Shown piece after piece: positions 1-12,037 of a DNA stretch of 64,000 nt (its first letter is position 1; the number at the start of each line of letters is the position of its first letter). The DNA lies in NCBI RefSeq assembly GCF_000981445.1, contig NC_027216.1:2356001-2420000 (forward strand). Direction: 5' to 3'. A program made the position numbers and the translations under genes. The DNA comes from Babesia bigemina. Its lineage: Eukaryota. The notes under the pieces are model-generated. The model saw only the letters and a list, made by a program, of their open reading frames with translations. It was not told the origin of the DNA and made no database searches.

Positions 1-1689
1 GCCCGGGTGTATGGCGGTTATCATGACGACCGCGGCGTTGTTGAAGAGCGCATTCTTCAGCAGCAGCGTGAGCTTACTGTCACGGTACTTTATCCTGGCC
101 TTTCTCGACGTCGTATCTGCGAGGCCGCTGATGCAGTTGGCCAGAGCCAGCAGCGATTGGTTGATATAAGAGCTTTCCTTCAGCCGTTCGGCGCGCGCCT
201 CGCCTTCACCAGCGCGTTCGGACCCCGCCAGGTCGACGAATGAGAGCCTCGCCGTGGTGTGCTGCGTGCTCACAGTGATCTGCATGATGGCGTGCGACCT
301 GCTTGACTGTCGATTCGCGTCTGTCATCGCCATTTTCCTCGCCTTTATCCCCTTGGCCAGAAGCACGAGGACGCTGTCGCAGTCATCCACCCTGATCACG
401 GTGAGGTGTGGGACACGAACTTCCCCGTTGTCCTCCTGGACATCCAACTGCCTGTTTCCCGTGGTCAGCAGGTCGAATACGCACTCGTTGTACACCTGCA
501 TGAACGAGAAATGCACGAGTGCATCGGGGTACAGCTCCTGCCTGAGTTCGAAAAGGCTCTTTAGCGACAACTGCACGATTCCTTCTTCCTTTTCATCTCC
601 GATCATCGTGTACGTCTTTCCCGCGCTGGTACATCCGTATGCGAAGACGGTCCCGTTAATCCCCTCGAATGCTTTGGGAACCAGGTCTTTCGCGGTGGCC
701 TCGTAGATGTCCTGCTGCGAAGCGCCCCCATCGAACGCGCTGTCGAAGCCGTATCTATATACCTTTGGCCTCTGCGATTCCAGGACGCTGTGAACGTTTC
801 CTGGTTTGTGGACCTCGACAACGTTGTCTACTAGTCGAATGGCCGGGATGCCGTTATCATCAATCGGTCTAACGCGAACGACAACCTTGATATTCTCCGC
901 ACATTCAGCTGGGGTGTTATCTCTCGCCCGGTCAACTGACGGTAGGTCTTCCTGTGATGCGCCATCAACCTCTATCGGTTTACATGGTTGGTTGGTGTAG
1001 TAACTCTCTAGAATCTGACGTATTTCAATAGTCTCATGCACGCTGCTGAATCCACCAGTGTCCACCGACATCGGTGACAAAAACTCTTCCACCTCCTTAT
1101 GAGACTCGCAGTCAAGGAAGAGTGCGTCATCCCTGGCGATGCTGTGGGTGGGACTTGGCAACCTCGATTCCATATTATGTTGTCGTTTAATGCGAGATTC
1201 CGAAGGGCATGATCTTGAGGTCGCGATCATCGGCGTTGTAAACTGATTGTTTTCCGCGCATTTAGTCGGCGTGCTCATGGTTGAGCATGCGGCCACCATC
1301 TCCGCACCGTCACTACTGCTGCCCTCGGCAACTGCCGTATCCATATGATCCGCACTTTTCAGGTTCACAGCGAGGTCACTGACCAGTGGTGCACCGTCGA
1401 GTGCCCCATGCCATGTGGATTGCACCAGCTTCCGGTATCCGCGGTTGCGTGCCACCCTTTTGGGAGTCCCTTTATCGTCCATACCCCGTCTAAACCTCTG
1501 GGTCAAGTTAGAATCTTGAACGTGCTGCAGAGGTTTGGCGCTATCGCCTTCGGCGCTCGGGCGGCCCTGTGGCGACACAAGTCGCAATGCTATCCTCCCA
1601 CTTGGCGACACCCTTTTGGGCGAGGCAGATGTGCATGACGCATCTGCCGTTTCCTTCCTCCCGGCGTCCACTACAGCACTGAGGTCCAT
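1..1689 (-). CDS. Kinesin motor protein, kinesin-8-like, 3' end runs off the window
   Basis: Manual translation in the frame of ATG 1689 gives NIKVVVRVRP, P-loop TVFAYGCTSAGKTYTM, switch II FVDLAGSER and YRDSKLT. Long N-terminal extension before the motor. Absent from the ORF track because it has no stop in the window. Confidence 0.93.
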   Translation of the reverse strand, partial: MDLSAVVDAGRKETADASCTSASPKRVSPSGRIALRLVSPQGRPSAEGDSAKPLQHVQDSNLTQRFRRGMDDKGTPKRVARNRGYRKLVQSTWHGALDGAPLVSDLAVNLKSADHMDTAVAEGSSSDGAEMVAACSTMSTPTKCAENNQFTTPMIATSRSCPSESRIKRQHNMESRLPSPTHSIARDDALFLDCESHKEVEEFLSPMSVDTGGFSSVHETIEIRQILESYYTNQPCKPIEVDGASQEDLPSVDRARDNTPAECAENIKVVVRVRPIDDNGIPAIRLVDNVVEVHKPGNVHSVLESQRPKVYRYGFDSAFDGGASQQDIYEATAKDLVPKAFEGINGTVFAYGCTSAGKTYTMIGDEKEEGIVQLSLKSLFELRQELYPDALVHFSFMQVYNECVFDLLTTGNRQLDVQEDNGEVRVPHLTVIRVDDCDSVLVLLAKGIKARKMAMTDANRQSSRSHAIMQITVSTQHTTARLSFVDLAGSERAGEGEARAERLKESSYINQSLLALANCISGLADTTSRKARIKYRDSKLTLLLKNALFNNAAVVMITAIHPG

Positions 1690-2588
1690 TGTTAGCGACG
1701 CTGTGTAGTCGTGTCTACTCAGGGGCACATTGAAGAAGCGCGCTGAGCCGACTAAACGCCTGGCCAGGTCGACTACACCCGGTGGATTCCAACGAGCATT
1801 CTACAAACGCGGTACAATAAGGTGACGTATTTGTTTGCTGTGTGCTTAGAAGCAGTTAAATGTGCCGTAGTACAGTGGAAGAATCGCGCAGCCTCGCTGC
1901 GTCAACGGTGGCGCAGCTAGCTATAAATGTCCACACTAGCTCATGATACACCTACGATCGCCAAGTAGTACTATTCAACTTCCCGAATCCTCAGAACGCC
2001 ATTCGGCAGCTGTATGTGTTAACTCAGGACATAAGTCAGAGGCACCGAAATTCCAGCCACATCACGGAGTTCCGGTTCTAGTCACAACCAAATTGCGCAT
2101 GGTTATGACGCATATGACCCGGATTATGCAATTCAAAGCGCCTTTACAGGCACGGACAAGCCGAATATCACACCGCTCTGCGTATGCTCGCCGGCGGCGT
2201 TGCTGCAGCGGGGTAAAACAACCGCGATTCGTTCTACAAACATACGCACGGATTCATATAATTCACGTGGAACCCCTGCCCGCATTATGGACCGGTTCGT
2301 TATCATTCATCCTATGTTAGCTCTACACACCGTTGTGTGTTACACGCACGTGTCTACCCTCCCTAGGGACATACGCACCTGAAAACACGCCACCAAATAG
2401 TGAGCACTGTATCTGTGACTTATTTCACACCGCTACTGCCGCCGTGATTGCGTGACGTCGCCTTCATTTTTGGCGTGCCCCCATGTTGCTCCGTAAGGTC
2501 CCGGGCGGGTTGGCGGGGTTTACTTCTTGGTGCTGTCTTGCTTTCATTGGAACCTCTCGCAACGTTCATTTTACCACTGCCACACACA

Positions 2589-3329
2589 ATGCCGGACTTC
2601 AAGGTTGACCTTAGCAAAGTCGCTAGCCGCGAGGGCCTCGTCGAGCTGAACGAATACCTTGCCGACCACAGCTTCGTGGCCGGTTGCAAGGCTCCCTCCA
2701 CCGACGATCTCGCTGTGTTCCGCAAGCTCGGCAACTCCCCGGGCGCTGCGGAGTTCGCACACGTCGACAGGTGGTTCCGTCACGTCAGCACCTGGGCCCA
2801 GAATCCCCCCGCTGACCTCGCCAAGGGATCCCTCCCCGTGGAGGAGAAGAAGGCCGACGACATCGACCTGTTCGGTGACGATGACGAAGACGAGGATGAC
2901 GCCATGAAGAAGAAGATGGAGGCTATGAAGGCAAGCAAGGGCAAGAAGCGCGAGGCCGCCAAGTCGTCGCTGGTCATCCACATCGAGCCCGCCAGCGTGG
3001 AGACCGACCTCGACGAGGTGCTGCGTTTGGTCAAGAACATCAAGATTGAGGGTGTGACGTGGGGTGAGGCCTCGGCCAAGATCCCGCTCGCCTACGGTAT
3101 CCAGAAGTTGCAGGTGTCGTGCACCATCCTGGACGACATCGTCAACACCAACGAGATCACCGACCTGATTGAGGAGCTCGGTCTCACTGAGGCTCAGAAG
3201 GAGGAGCGCCGCATGAAGCAGGAGGGTGGCGCTGACGACGAGTCGGACTACGACTCTGACGCCGACAGCGACGACGAGGTCGTCGGTTTGGTCCAGACCG
3301 CCAACATCGTCTCCTTCAACAAGCTTTGA
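2589..3329 (+). CDS. EEF1B: Translation elongation factor 1-beta (GEF)
   Basis: LNEYLADHSFVAG N-domain, DDIDLFGDD linker, AKSSLVIHIEP...WG....IPLAYGIQKLQ...SFNKL GEF domain; strong GC3 bias; intronless. Confidence 0.95.
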   Translation: MPDFKVDLSKVASREGLVELNEYLADHSFVAGCKAPSTDDLAVFRKLGNSPGAAEFAHVDRWFRHVSTWAQNPPADLAKGSLPVEEKKADDIDLFGDDDEDEDDAMKKKMEAMKASKGKKREAAKSSLVIHIEPASVETDLDEVLRLVKNIKIEGVTWGEASAKIPLAYGIQKLQVSCTILDDIVNTNEITDLIEELGLTEAQKEERRMKQEGGADDESDYDSDADSDDEVVGLVQTANIVSFNKL

Positions 3330-3749
3330 GTTGACGATACTTTTTAATGGATTCCTCTGGGTGGTGCCATTGCGGCACCGCCTGTTACCAAGGCACTTTT
3401 GCCAGTCTATATCGTCACCATTGCGGTAACTAACCCCGCTAATTTCTTAACATCCGTTTCCTCCAGCGTATTGCAACGATGTGTATATGCTGTACAGTGT
3501 GTTGTGGGTAGGCAGACTGCAAATTCAGGGACGACGCGCATGACCCCAACGGGCTGCTGTGCAAACAGTTGCGACATGGCAGCAGCGCCCTCGTGATTGC
3601 GCGCAGGGGCTACACTACAAGTACATCCGAGAATGCGGTAACGTTATTGCTGACGTGCACCGTCAGCCACGTTTACATTAAACTAGATTAGGCTATTTGT
3701 CACGGCAGCGGCAGTTTGCCATTTATGGCAACACTGCACTTACAAAAGG

Positions 3750-5511
3750 TCACACGCAGCTCCATATGGTGTCCGATTCGAATGTCTTGAGCACCACCAC
3801 GTCGCCGTAGTCGACCTTCATGATCCTGGAGCCGTCAATGACGAGTCTGGCGTTTTTGGACAGCGACAGCAGCTTGACCTGCCGTCCCATGAACGACGTC
3901 GCGTCGACGGTGGACCTGTGATCACTTTGCGGCAGTTCACCCGTGACTTACGTGTCGCTGATCGACTCGCGTATGATGCATTTCAGAGTGCTTTGCGACG
4001 CGTCGAACACGAGGCCCGCATTGTGCTCCTCGATGGCCTCGCGCATCATCTTGGCATCGATCACCTTCGCCGCCTCCTTGGGGAATGAGCGGTGGTTGAT
4101 GAGATGGTTCAGCAGCCGGAACCCGTTGTCCATGCTCATTTTGCACATGTTGTAGGCCCACGCCGTGGATCCCGTGCCTGCACGTCGTGAATGCCCTTGG
4201 CTCATTCCGCCCACCTGTTGACACGAGCACGCCGCTGCTTTTGACCCGTATGATCGGCAAGGCGTCCACTTGCACCAGGCCGTAGAAGGTCTTCCCGAAA
4301 TTTTTGTCTGCGATGATGACGTCGTTCACGGCGCCGTAGGGGATGACCCCGTCGCCACTTGCGCAGGCTTCGGCATCGAGGTCGTCCTCGGTGAAGCTCG
4401 ACTCCGTCCCGCAGAAGAGGTTGTCCTCTATAAAGGTTGAGTCTCCCTTGGTCGCCACGATCTCCTGTTCCGCGGCGCTCTGCCTCTTGAACATTTTGAT
4501 CCGAATCTTCTGCCGCGCAACGGGCACGTAATCGCGGTTCACGATAAGCCGTTCGAGCAGGCTCCCTACATAGTCATCGTAGGTAATGTTGTAGATGTTG
4601 GCGACATGCTTGGATATGACGGTGCAGTGGTCCCGCGTGTCGCTGCCGTCGTGATGCGTATCGCAAAAGGAGGCCTTGGTGAGGTTATTCCACTCCTTTT
4701 CGCTGATGGTGTCGGATGCGCACTCCTTCCTGATGAGCGCATCCGACTCGGTGAACCGGATCATGTTCTGCTTGGGCGAGTCGTCCGGCTCCGTGCGCTG
4801 TTCGCCGGAATAGCGCCGAAACACCATGCCCCCCCTCTTGAAGTAGGACATGCACATGGCCCCAACCGACCGTTCAGGGTCGGTATTGAGTCCAACAATC
4901 CAGGGTCGCTGGAGAGATGTTTGCGATGGCGGCAACAGCGCCGCGGCCTCGAGGAAGGTACCGTCCCCGCCTGCGATGGTTAGCCCCTATACCGCACAAT
5001 TGCGTACCCGCACTGATAATGAGGTCGAGTGAGAAGCCGGACCTCTCCAAATCGCTCAGCACGAGGTTGTGCGACTGCGCCTTTACGGCGATGGTGCGGA
5101 GGCGGTAGCGCTCCTTCAGAAGGCGCATGAGTGCGTCCATGATGCCCAGGTGTGTTCGGTGGGTCCTGTAGGCCACTGAGACTTTATAAACATTGCCGTG
5201 TTGCACTTACGTGGAAACCGTTCGCGAATCTCCGAGTCGGTCAGTCCATTTTTGCGCTCCAGGTCGTATTTGGTGATTTTTTCCAGCACAAGCACTTCTT
5301 TGATTTTAAGCTGCTTGAACTTGTCCTGTAGCTCACTGCTGATCGGCGGCTGTGTATTCCGATCGTTGGCGTGTCCGAGCGATGCCCGTGCTAGGGACAG
5401 GAGCGGCCGATGGGTCCCATGCAATGAGTCGCATCGCTGCCGACTGAGAGCCGACGAGGCTCCTCCGAGCCTCAGGGCGCCCATATACGCCCTTACACAC
5501 CGCGACATCAT
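3750..5511 (-). CDS. NADK2: NAD kinase, NADK2 (mitochondrial)-type, multi-exon
   Basis: AGGDGTFLEAA, IVGLNTDPERSVG, AVNDV and KSSGVLVSTG|TGSTAWAYN motifs across short introns; Arg/Ser-rich N-terminal leader; stop TGA at 3750-3752. Confidence 0.85.
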
Positions 5512-5796
5512 GATTCCATCGCCCGATGGAGCGCGTTCGCCAAGCGTAGGTGGTGTCAGCGAGTTAGGCGTCCGGCAGCTGCAGCAGGCTCTACATCAGT
5601 AGGCACAGTTTCAGCACATGGCATGCCTGGCGAGCATTGGCAACATTTTCTGTCCTTAGCCATGTCTAGGGATTCGCCTCGTGATCACAGGTGAACTTGC
5701 AGAATCTTCGCGCCGCGTTTCAAGTATTGTACATCCGCGTTTTAGCGGACAAAACAGGCTCCTTTGGAGTCGTTACGGCACAATGCTGCCCTCACT

Positions 5797-7499
5797 ATGT
5801 ACACACGCGGCTATATAGTATGCTTGGTGGCATTTCACATTTTTTCTGGCGCGTTATGTCTGTCTCCTACTGGCCGCCTGCGCACGTCTTTCCTGCACCC
5901 ACCTACTCGGTACAATACGCTTCACGGCGGCCGCTGGCGTCTGAAGAGCGACGGTGCCGAGCGTGATTCGCCGTATGTGTACGAATTCCCAGCGTTGAAC
6001 CGTCCGGAGTCGCGCAACCTCGTCTACTTCGACAACGCCGCCACGACACAAAAGCCACGTGCAGTAATTGAGGTAGGTGCATTTAACAAAGGATTCCACC
6101 CACGTTTCAGGCCATTCTGGACTACTACAGCAACCCGTGCGCGAACGTTCACAGGTCCCAGCACGATCTGGCCACATCGGCGTCCACAGTGGGTGTCTGG
6201 GATTCCTCCGCCAATGCCAGTTGCAGCGTTACGAGAGCGCCCGACACAACGTGTCCAGTTTCATCAACGCATCGAGCCCATCGGAAATCGTGTTCACCAG
6301 CGGAGCCACGGAATCGATAAACATAGTCGCAGGAAGCTGGTGGTGGGTGGAGAAGCTGCATGTGCCACAGTTGGTTGCAGCCGCGATAACGTGGGACCCG
6401 GTGACGTGATCCTGCTGCCTTTGTCTGAGCACAACAGCAACATAATTCCGTGGCAGCTGCATGCTAACGACAGCGGTTGCCGCATCGGTTTTATCAAGGT
6501 TCGTAACCGCCTTTCGTTCTGTATACGGCGTGCAGCTTACGGAAGACGGTTCAGTCGATTTGGACGACTATAATCGCCTGCTCGATCAAGGCAACGTTAA
6601 GCTCGTTTCATTGGCGCATGCGTCAAACGTGATCGGCCGCGTGCAAGATCTCTCCACGATCGTCAGGTTGGCCCACTCACGCGGGGCGAAGGTGCTGGTT
6701 GACGCCTGCCAGACACTCGGCCACATTCCGGTACGCCATGCAACATTCAACTAATCAGATATGTCACAGATTGACGTGTCATCGATAGGATGCGACTTCT
6801 TGGTGGGTTCGGCCCACAAGATGTACGGTCCCACTGGAGTGGGTTTCCTCTATGCGAAGCGTTCGATCCTGGATTCCATGCGACCTCATAGGGGCGGTGG
6901 CGGCATGGTAAAGGTATTTTGAAGTTTTAGATATGCCGACGTGCGCAGAACGTAACCACTACCCGGTTTGAACTGGAGGACGTACCTCACCGGTTCGAGT
7001 CAGGCACACCACAGGTTGCTCAGGTGATTGGTTTCTCCGCTGCAATTGACTTTTTGAGAGACATAGGGCTGTCTAAGGTATCCACCAGCGCTTATATTCT
7101 GACCTGCCGCAGATTGCCGCATACGAGCGCGAGCTTCTGAGTTACCTGCGTGACCAGCTATGCAAGGTCGCCACTGTCTACAGCCCGGCTCTGGATCCAA
7201 ACTCGGATGAGCACTGCCCCATTGTTTCCTTCAACGTTGACGGAGTGAGCGCTTTCGATATAGCCGCACTGCTGGCAACACATAATATCGCCGTGAGAGC
7301 TGGTGGGTATGATAGTGTTGCGCCGTTCATGTGCGTTTCAGGGCAGCATTGCGCTCACATCCTGCACCGTGACTACCTTAAGGTAGACCACAGTCTGCGG
7401 GTGTCGTTGGCGCTGTACAACACCCGTGGGGAGATCGACGAGTTCGTTCGTCGCCTTTCTGAAGCCGTCGACCGTTTACGCACGGCGTCTGCACAATGA
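5797..7499 (+). CDS. sufS: SufS-type cysteine desulfurase, likely apicoplast-targeted, multi-exon
   Basis: VYFDNAATTQKP, EIVFTSGATESIN, EHNSNIIPW, VDACQ, SAHKMYGPTGVG, RFESGTP, AVRAG|QHCA; signal peptide followed by a basic transit-like stretch. Confidence 0.93.
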
Positions 7500-9109
7500 C
7501 GCTCACCCGGTCCCTCGCACGGCTGAAGTCCAGGAGTCCTTACCTGGGGTTCTTCCGCAACACCCCTTTCTATAGAAGTGAGTTCGGCGTGGTTAGGCAC
7601 GATATATGACTCAGGATCTGGCGGCGACTCTATCCTTAGGGTTAACCCCCGACTGGTTCCGAGCAAGCAGCTGGGAAAGACCTTGCTGCGCATAGGCACG
7701 CTGGGCATGGACCGCGCCAAGTTGGAACGCATACTGATCACATGTGCTACCCAGATGGGACAGGCGTTGGACGATGTGAACCTGAGCACGTGCCTCTCCT
7801 TGATGGTGCGACTGCAGATATCCAACCCGCAGTGCCTGGAGAGCCTGGTGCCGTATTGCTACCGGATATCCGATCTGGAGCGTGCCATAGGTAGGATAGC
7901 GTCAGATAGCAACCTTAAGCATCCATGCAGCCTGTTGTCACCTAATCGGCATGGTGCCAGGCAGCCGAGACTCGCCCAGCGCACGGGCATTCGTAGTACA
8001 CGTGTCGCAGCGTGTTCCCCTCGAAGGCCATTCACTGCTTTTGCGCGACTTGGGGCGTTTATGCGAGTCTCTTCGCGTCCTAGACCTGTACTGTGAAGAT
8101 TTGGGCGAATTCCTGGCTTCGTACGTTTCCTGATTACCATTTCACACCGAGTGCAGCGTGATTGAAGATGAGCTGATTCACTCCGAGTCCAGCGAGGACG
8201 CGGTGTACATTACGTCTGTTCTCGGCTATTTGGGTCGTATGGGAGTAGGCAGCGTGCCACTGTGGCGGCTGTTCAGCCGTTATACGGCCACGGAGGGTAT
8301 CCACAGCAACCCGAGGGTGTTGATTAAGGCGTTGGAGTCGTTTTGCGACCGCCGAATCAAGCATGAGTCGCTGCTGAACCAGGCTGGCGACGCACTGGCC
8401 CTTGTGTTGGACTCGTTACGCCCGTCTGAAGTTGCCCGTGTCGCGGATGTGTACTCGAGACTCGGATTCTACCACAAACGGCTGGCCGAGGTGCTTATTC
8501 TTGGCGCGGAGCGTGTCACACCATTTCTGGACGCAAGCGACTCGGTGAAGCTGTTGCGAACATTCGTGCAGGCGTACTCGCAGCCAGGCACGCACGCTGC
8601 GATCACCCAGGACCCATCACTATCGCATCGCCATCGCAGGGCCCTGTACCTGACGTTCAACCGCTGCACCACAGGGTTGAAGTAGGTTTCGAGTTGTTTT
8701 GTACACCTTCTACAGCAATGTGAGCAAGGGTGAGCTGCTGGTAATCGCCAGCGCGATGCAACTATTGCCCTTTACCCCTCCAGCGTCGCTGCAGCATTCC
8801 ATTCGGCGGCTGCTGGCCCGTGCCACTGGGCCCTGTGTTGAGCCTCGCGAAGCACTGAACCCATTTGCGAAAGCCGGGATACAGGAGCACCCACCATCTG
8901 CGGGCCAGTTAGCACATACGGCAGCCCCGGACTCGAGTCCACCTCACGTGCGGTACAACTCCAGACAGCTGGCCGCCATGGCTCTTGCAAACGCGCGGCG
9001 TCGCCGATTGCAGCTAACCAGCTCCGATGCAGTGCTGCTTTCACGCATGATCGAGCCTGACGCACAAGGTCGCGGTGCGGAGGCACCTCAGGCCGCGATA
9101 CCAACATGA
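7496..9109 (+). CDS. Hypothetical alpha-helical protein with mitochondrial-like leader (possibly RAP/FASTK-like), multi-exon
   Basis: Exon 1 MTLTRSLARLKSRSPYLGFFRNTPFYR (7496-7577) splices through a 37-nt GT-AG intron (7578-7614) in frame into ORF 7578..8096; continues via ORFs 8158..8685 and 8699..9109; Leu-rich helical repeats. Confidence 0.65.
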
Positions 9110-9222
9110 CGTGAACGCCCAGCGTGCCCCGCCAGGCATTGTATCGCCACCAGGCTGCTGGCGTCACACTCGCCCACCATAAAACAAAATGCAGCTATTG
9201 TGCTAATGTTAGGATCATCTGT

Positions 9223-10602
9223 TCAGTCGTACTTGTCCAGGATATAGTCCTTGTCGAAGTGGTATATCCTGACGTTACCGTCCTCTCCTCCGCTGACGTA
9301 CCCGTTACCCTCCGCCAGGAACGTCAGGGTGTTGATGGGACCGAAGTGCCCCTTGATGCTCCCAATCTCAACCTCGTGTATCAGGTGGTGCAGCAGCGCC
9401 TGGAATTTACCCTCGGAGGCGGCTGCAGGGCGTTCACAAAGGCGACGAGCTTAACGTACCGGTGGTTGTGACTTCGTCGGCCGACTGCCCTCCTCCCAGC
9501 AATATGTGTGCCTTTTCGACACGATCCATCTTGAAACACGGCGAAATGACGCACGCATTCAGCGGGCGGTCAGTTTTGTAGTTCTGCGCGGCATGTGGTC
9601 GGGCTGTGCACGGCGTACCTTTACGGTGGTCCAGTTCAGAGTTTCCCAGAGCTTCGCGGTACCATCCGAAGAACACTGCAGACAATTGCACTCGACGGTG
9701 GGGCGCACCTACCGACAGCATGAAGAGCCCGTAGAGGTCGAACGAGATGCACGTGACAGTCTGCGTGTGGGCCTCGATGACGTGGAGATTGGTGCCATTC
9801 TCGGCATCCCAGACCTGAGCGCCCTTGCCAGCGTGTAAAGCGTGCGTTACCTGTATCGTGCCATTCTCGTGGCAGGTGATGACGTCTTTGTCCAAGGCCC
9901 CCCAGTGGCACTGTATGGCTCTGGATCTGTAGCCCCTCTGTGTCCACAGGATGCGATGTTCAACGGCCAGACCGCCTTCCTCCGTCTGCTCGAAATCAAG
10001 CTGCAGGCGCATGACGCGGTTGCGGGCTGCTCGTTACCTTGTAGACCTTGAGCGCCATGAACACGGACTCTCCGAAGTCGTCGTGGATCATGACAAACTT
10101 GTCCTGCTTCTGCGGGTTGCGGTTCCACTCGACGTACCTAACGCAGTTTTACGCCGCTGAGCGTTTCGGTACTCACTTGCAGGCACCCTCGTCCTTTATG
10201 TCCGCGATCATCTCCCCCGTGAAGGTGTCGAGGATCAGGATCCTGGCGTCACCGGTCGCGGCGATGAGCATTTTGGAGTCGACAGTGACGTCGCACGCCC
10301 ATATGGCACCACGGCCAGTGTTGTACTGCCCTGCGAAACGTGACTTTGCTGTCTACCGTGTGCGTGCGACCCACCGATCTGCTGCCCATTGTCGGTCCTC
10401 CAGAGAAGCAGACTCGCGTCCTGCGCGGATATAAAAACTAGTCGGTAAGTGGGACGCGGCCGAACGGCGATTTCGGGCGGCCTCGGCGCCTTTGCTCGAC
10501 ACATTCACGCACCTTCCCACAGGTGAACAAAAGGTCTCCCTCTCTGTTGGTCTTGACACACGTCAAGGGCCTGCGATGGCCTCTGAGGACTAGAGGTCGC
10601 AT
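9223..10602 (-). CDS. EIF3I: Eukaryotic translation initiation factor 3 subunit I (WD40), multi-exon
   Basis: [30 protein letters not shown] start; [38 protein letters not shown] end. Confidence 0.95.
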
Positions 10603-10752
10603 TGTGACGGGCGTTTTACGAGAAATGGCGGCTCCCAGCGGCGCCTCGCCGCCCCGCCTACATTATAGGGCACGCGATGGAATCCCAGCGCGCCGTCGCA
10701 AGGGCTGCCACGCCGTGGTTGAGAACAACTATTAGTACGATTAAGGTTGAAT

Positions 10753-12037
10753 TTAGAGGTCAAAGGCTTCTTTGGTCTCGTGCGACTCAGTTTCGACGAT
10801 GTCGGCAGACATGTATGTGTGGACTATAGCGTTGCAGATGCGTGACAGGTCGAAGCTCTCCCTGAGGGTTTGGTGGTTGGCCTCGGACATGATGCCGGAG
10901 CTGCGCGGAAATGTGGCGGCAAAACTGTGTGACTCACCTGACGAGGTCGCGGGCGATGGACATGAGTCCGGCCTTGGACTGCAGGCTGCAGCCGGTCTCC
11001 ATAAGCAGGTACACGGTTTTCGGGGCCACGGCGCACGATTCCTTGCCGTTTATCATCACCACACCGCACTTAGACACGGCCTTGCAGTCGTCCAGGGCCA
11101 ACGCAGAGCACTCGATCTCGGCGACTCTGTCGCTGCTGAGCTCCTCGAGCATGTGCTTCCCGTCCTCCAGGTCCTTCTGGAGCTTTTCGTTCTCCTTTTC
11201 AAAGAACGCTTTAAGCTCCTCCTCCATTCTCTCCAAATCCTCGGTGGTGGCGTTGTTGAAGGTGTTCTTCGCCATCTCGAACGCGTCCTCCAGCTGCTTG
11301 AGCTTCTCGGGGTCCACGCTGGACATCGCCTTGGTGATCTCCTCCGCGGTGGTGGTGTTGGTGAGGTCGTAGTGCATCACCACGATCCCTTCGGAGGTGG
11401 TGGGAATGAGGTTGATCGCCAGGTTTGCCGCGACGTATGCGTTGGCGAGGTCCTGTACCCCAATGCCGAAGCTGGAGGGGTTCTCCGAGCGCTTGCCGCC
11501 CTGCCTCACGGCGATGTCTTGCAGTGAGGTGGTAGAAGCGATGCCTGAGTCAGCGGAGTTGCCCGAGAGGCTCGACCACTCAGCAGCGACCTCGGCCTGG
11601 AGGCCGCTGATGATGCTCTCGGAGACCTTGCCGCAGTCCTCGAGGTCAGCCAGACGGAAGGAGAACTCAAGCGGTTCTTCCCTGCCGGTGATCTCCCCTT
11701 CGGGGTCGCTGAGAACTGAGCAGCCGCTTGCGGTGGTCAGAACCAGCACCTCGCCGAGCGGCAGCATCGCCTGCGCGGTGTACACCTTTTCGGGGTCCAT
11801 GGCGGCCTTGCCTGCCGCGGCGTCGCGGAGGTCCCTCATGTACTCGCCAGCGTCGAAAGTAAGCGCTTCATTGTCTACTTCGTCCGCCCTCGAGGGCTCG
11901 TCCTCGGCGACGGTGACAACGGCTTCGTACTCGTCGATGACCGCGGCCGGCTCCTCACGACCGGCTTCCGACCTCGCGAACTGAGGCGCGAGACACAGCA
12001 GCAGCAGGTTTACGACACACAAAAGCTTTAGTTCCAT
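10753..12037 (-). CDS. Secreted acidic protein with Cys-rich C-terminus, rhoptry neck protein RON12-like (tentative)
   Basis: Signal peptide MELKLLCVVNLLLLCLAPQFA; acidic coiled coil; C-terminal C..C..CG.VMINGKESC...YLLMETGCSLQSKA...ICNAIVH, which I recall as resembling Plasmodium RON12; one intron about 10901-10937. Confidence 0.55.
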
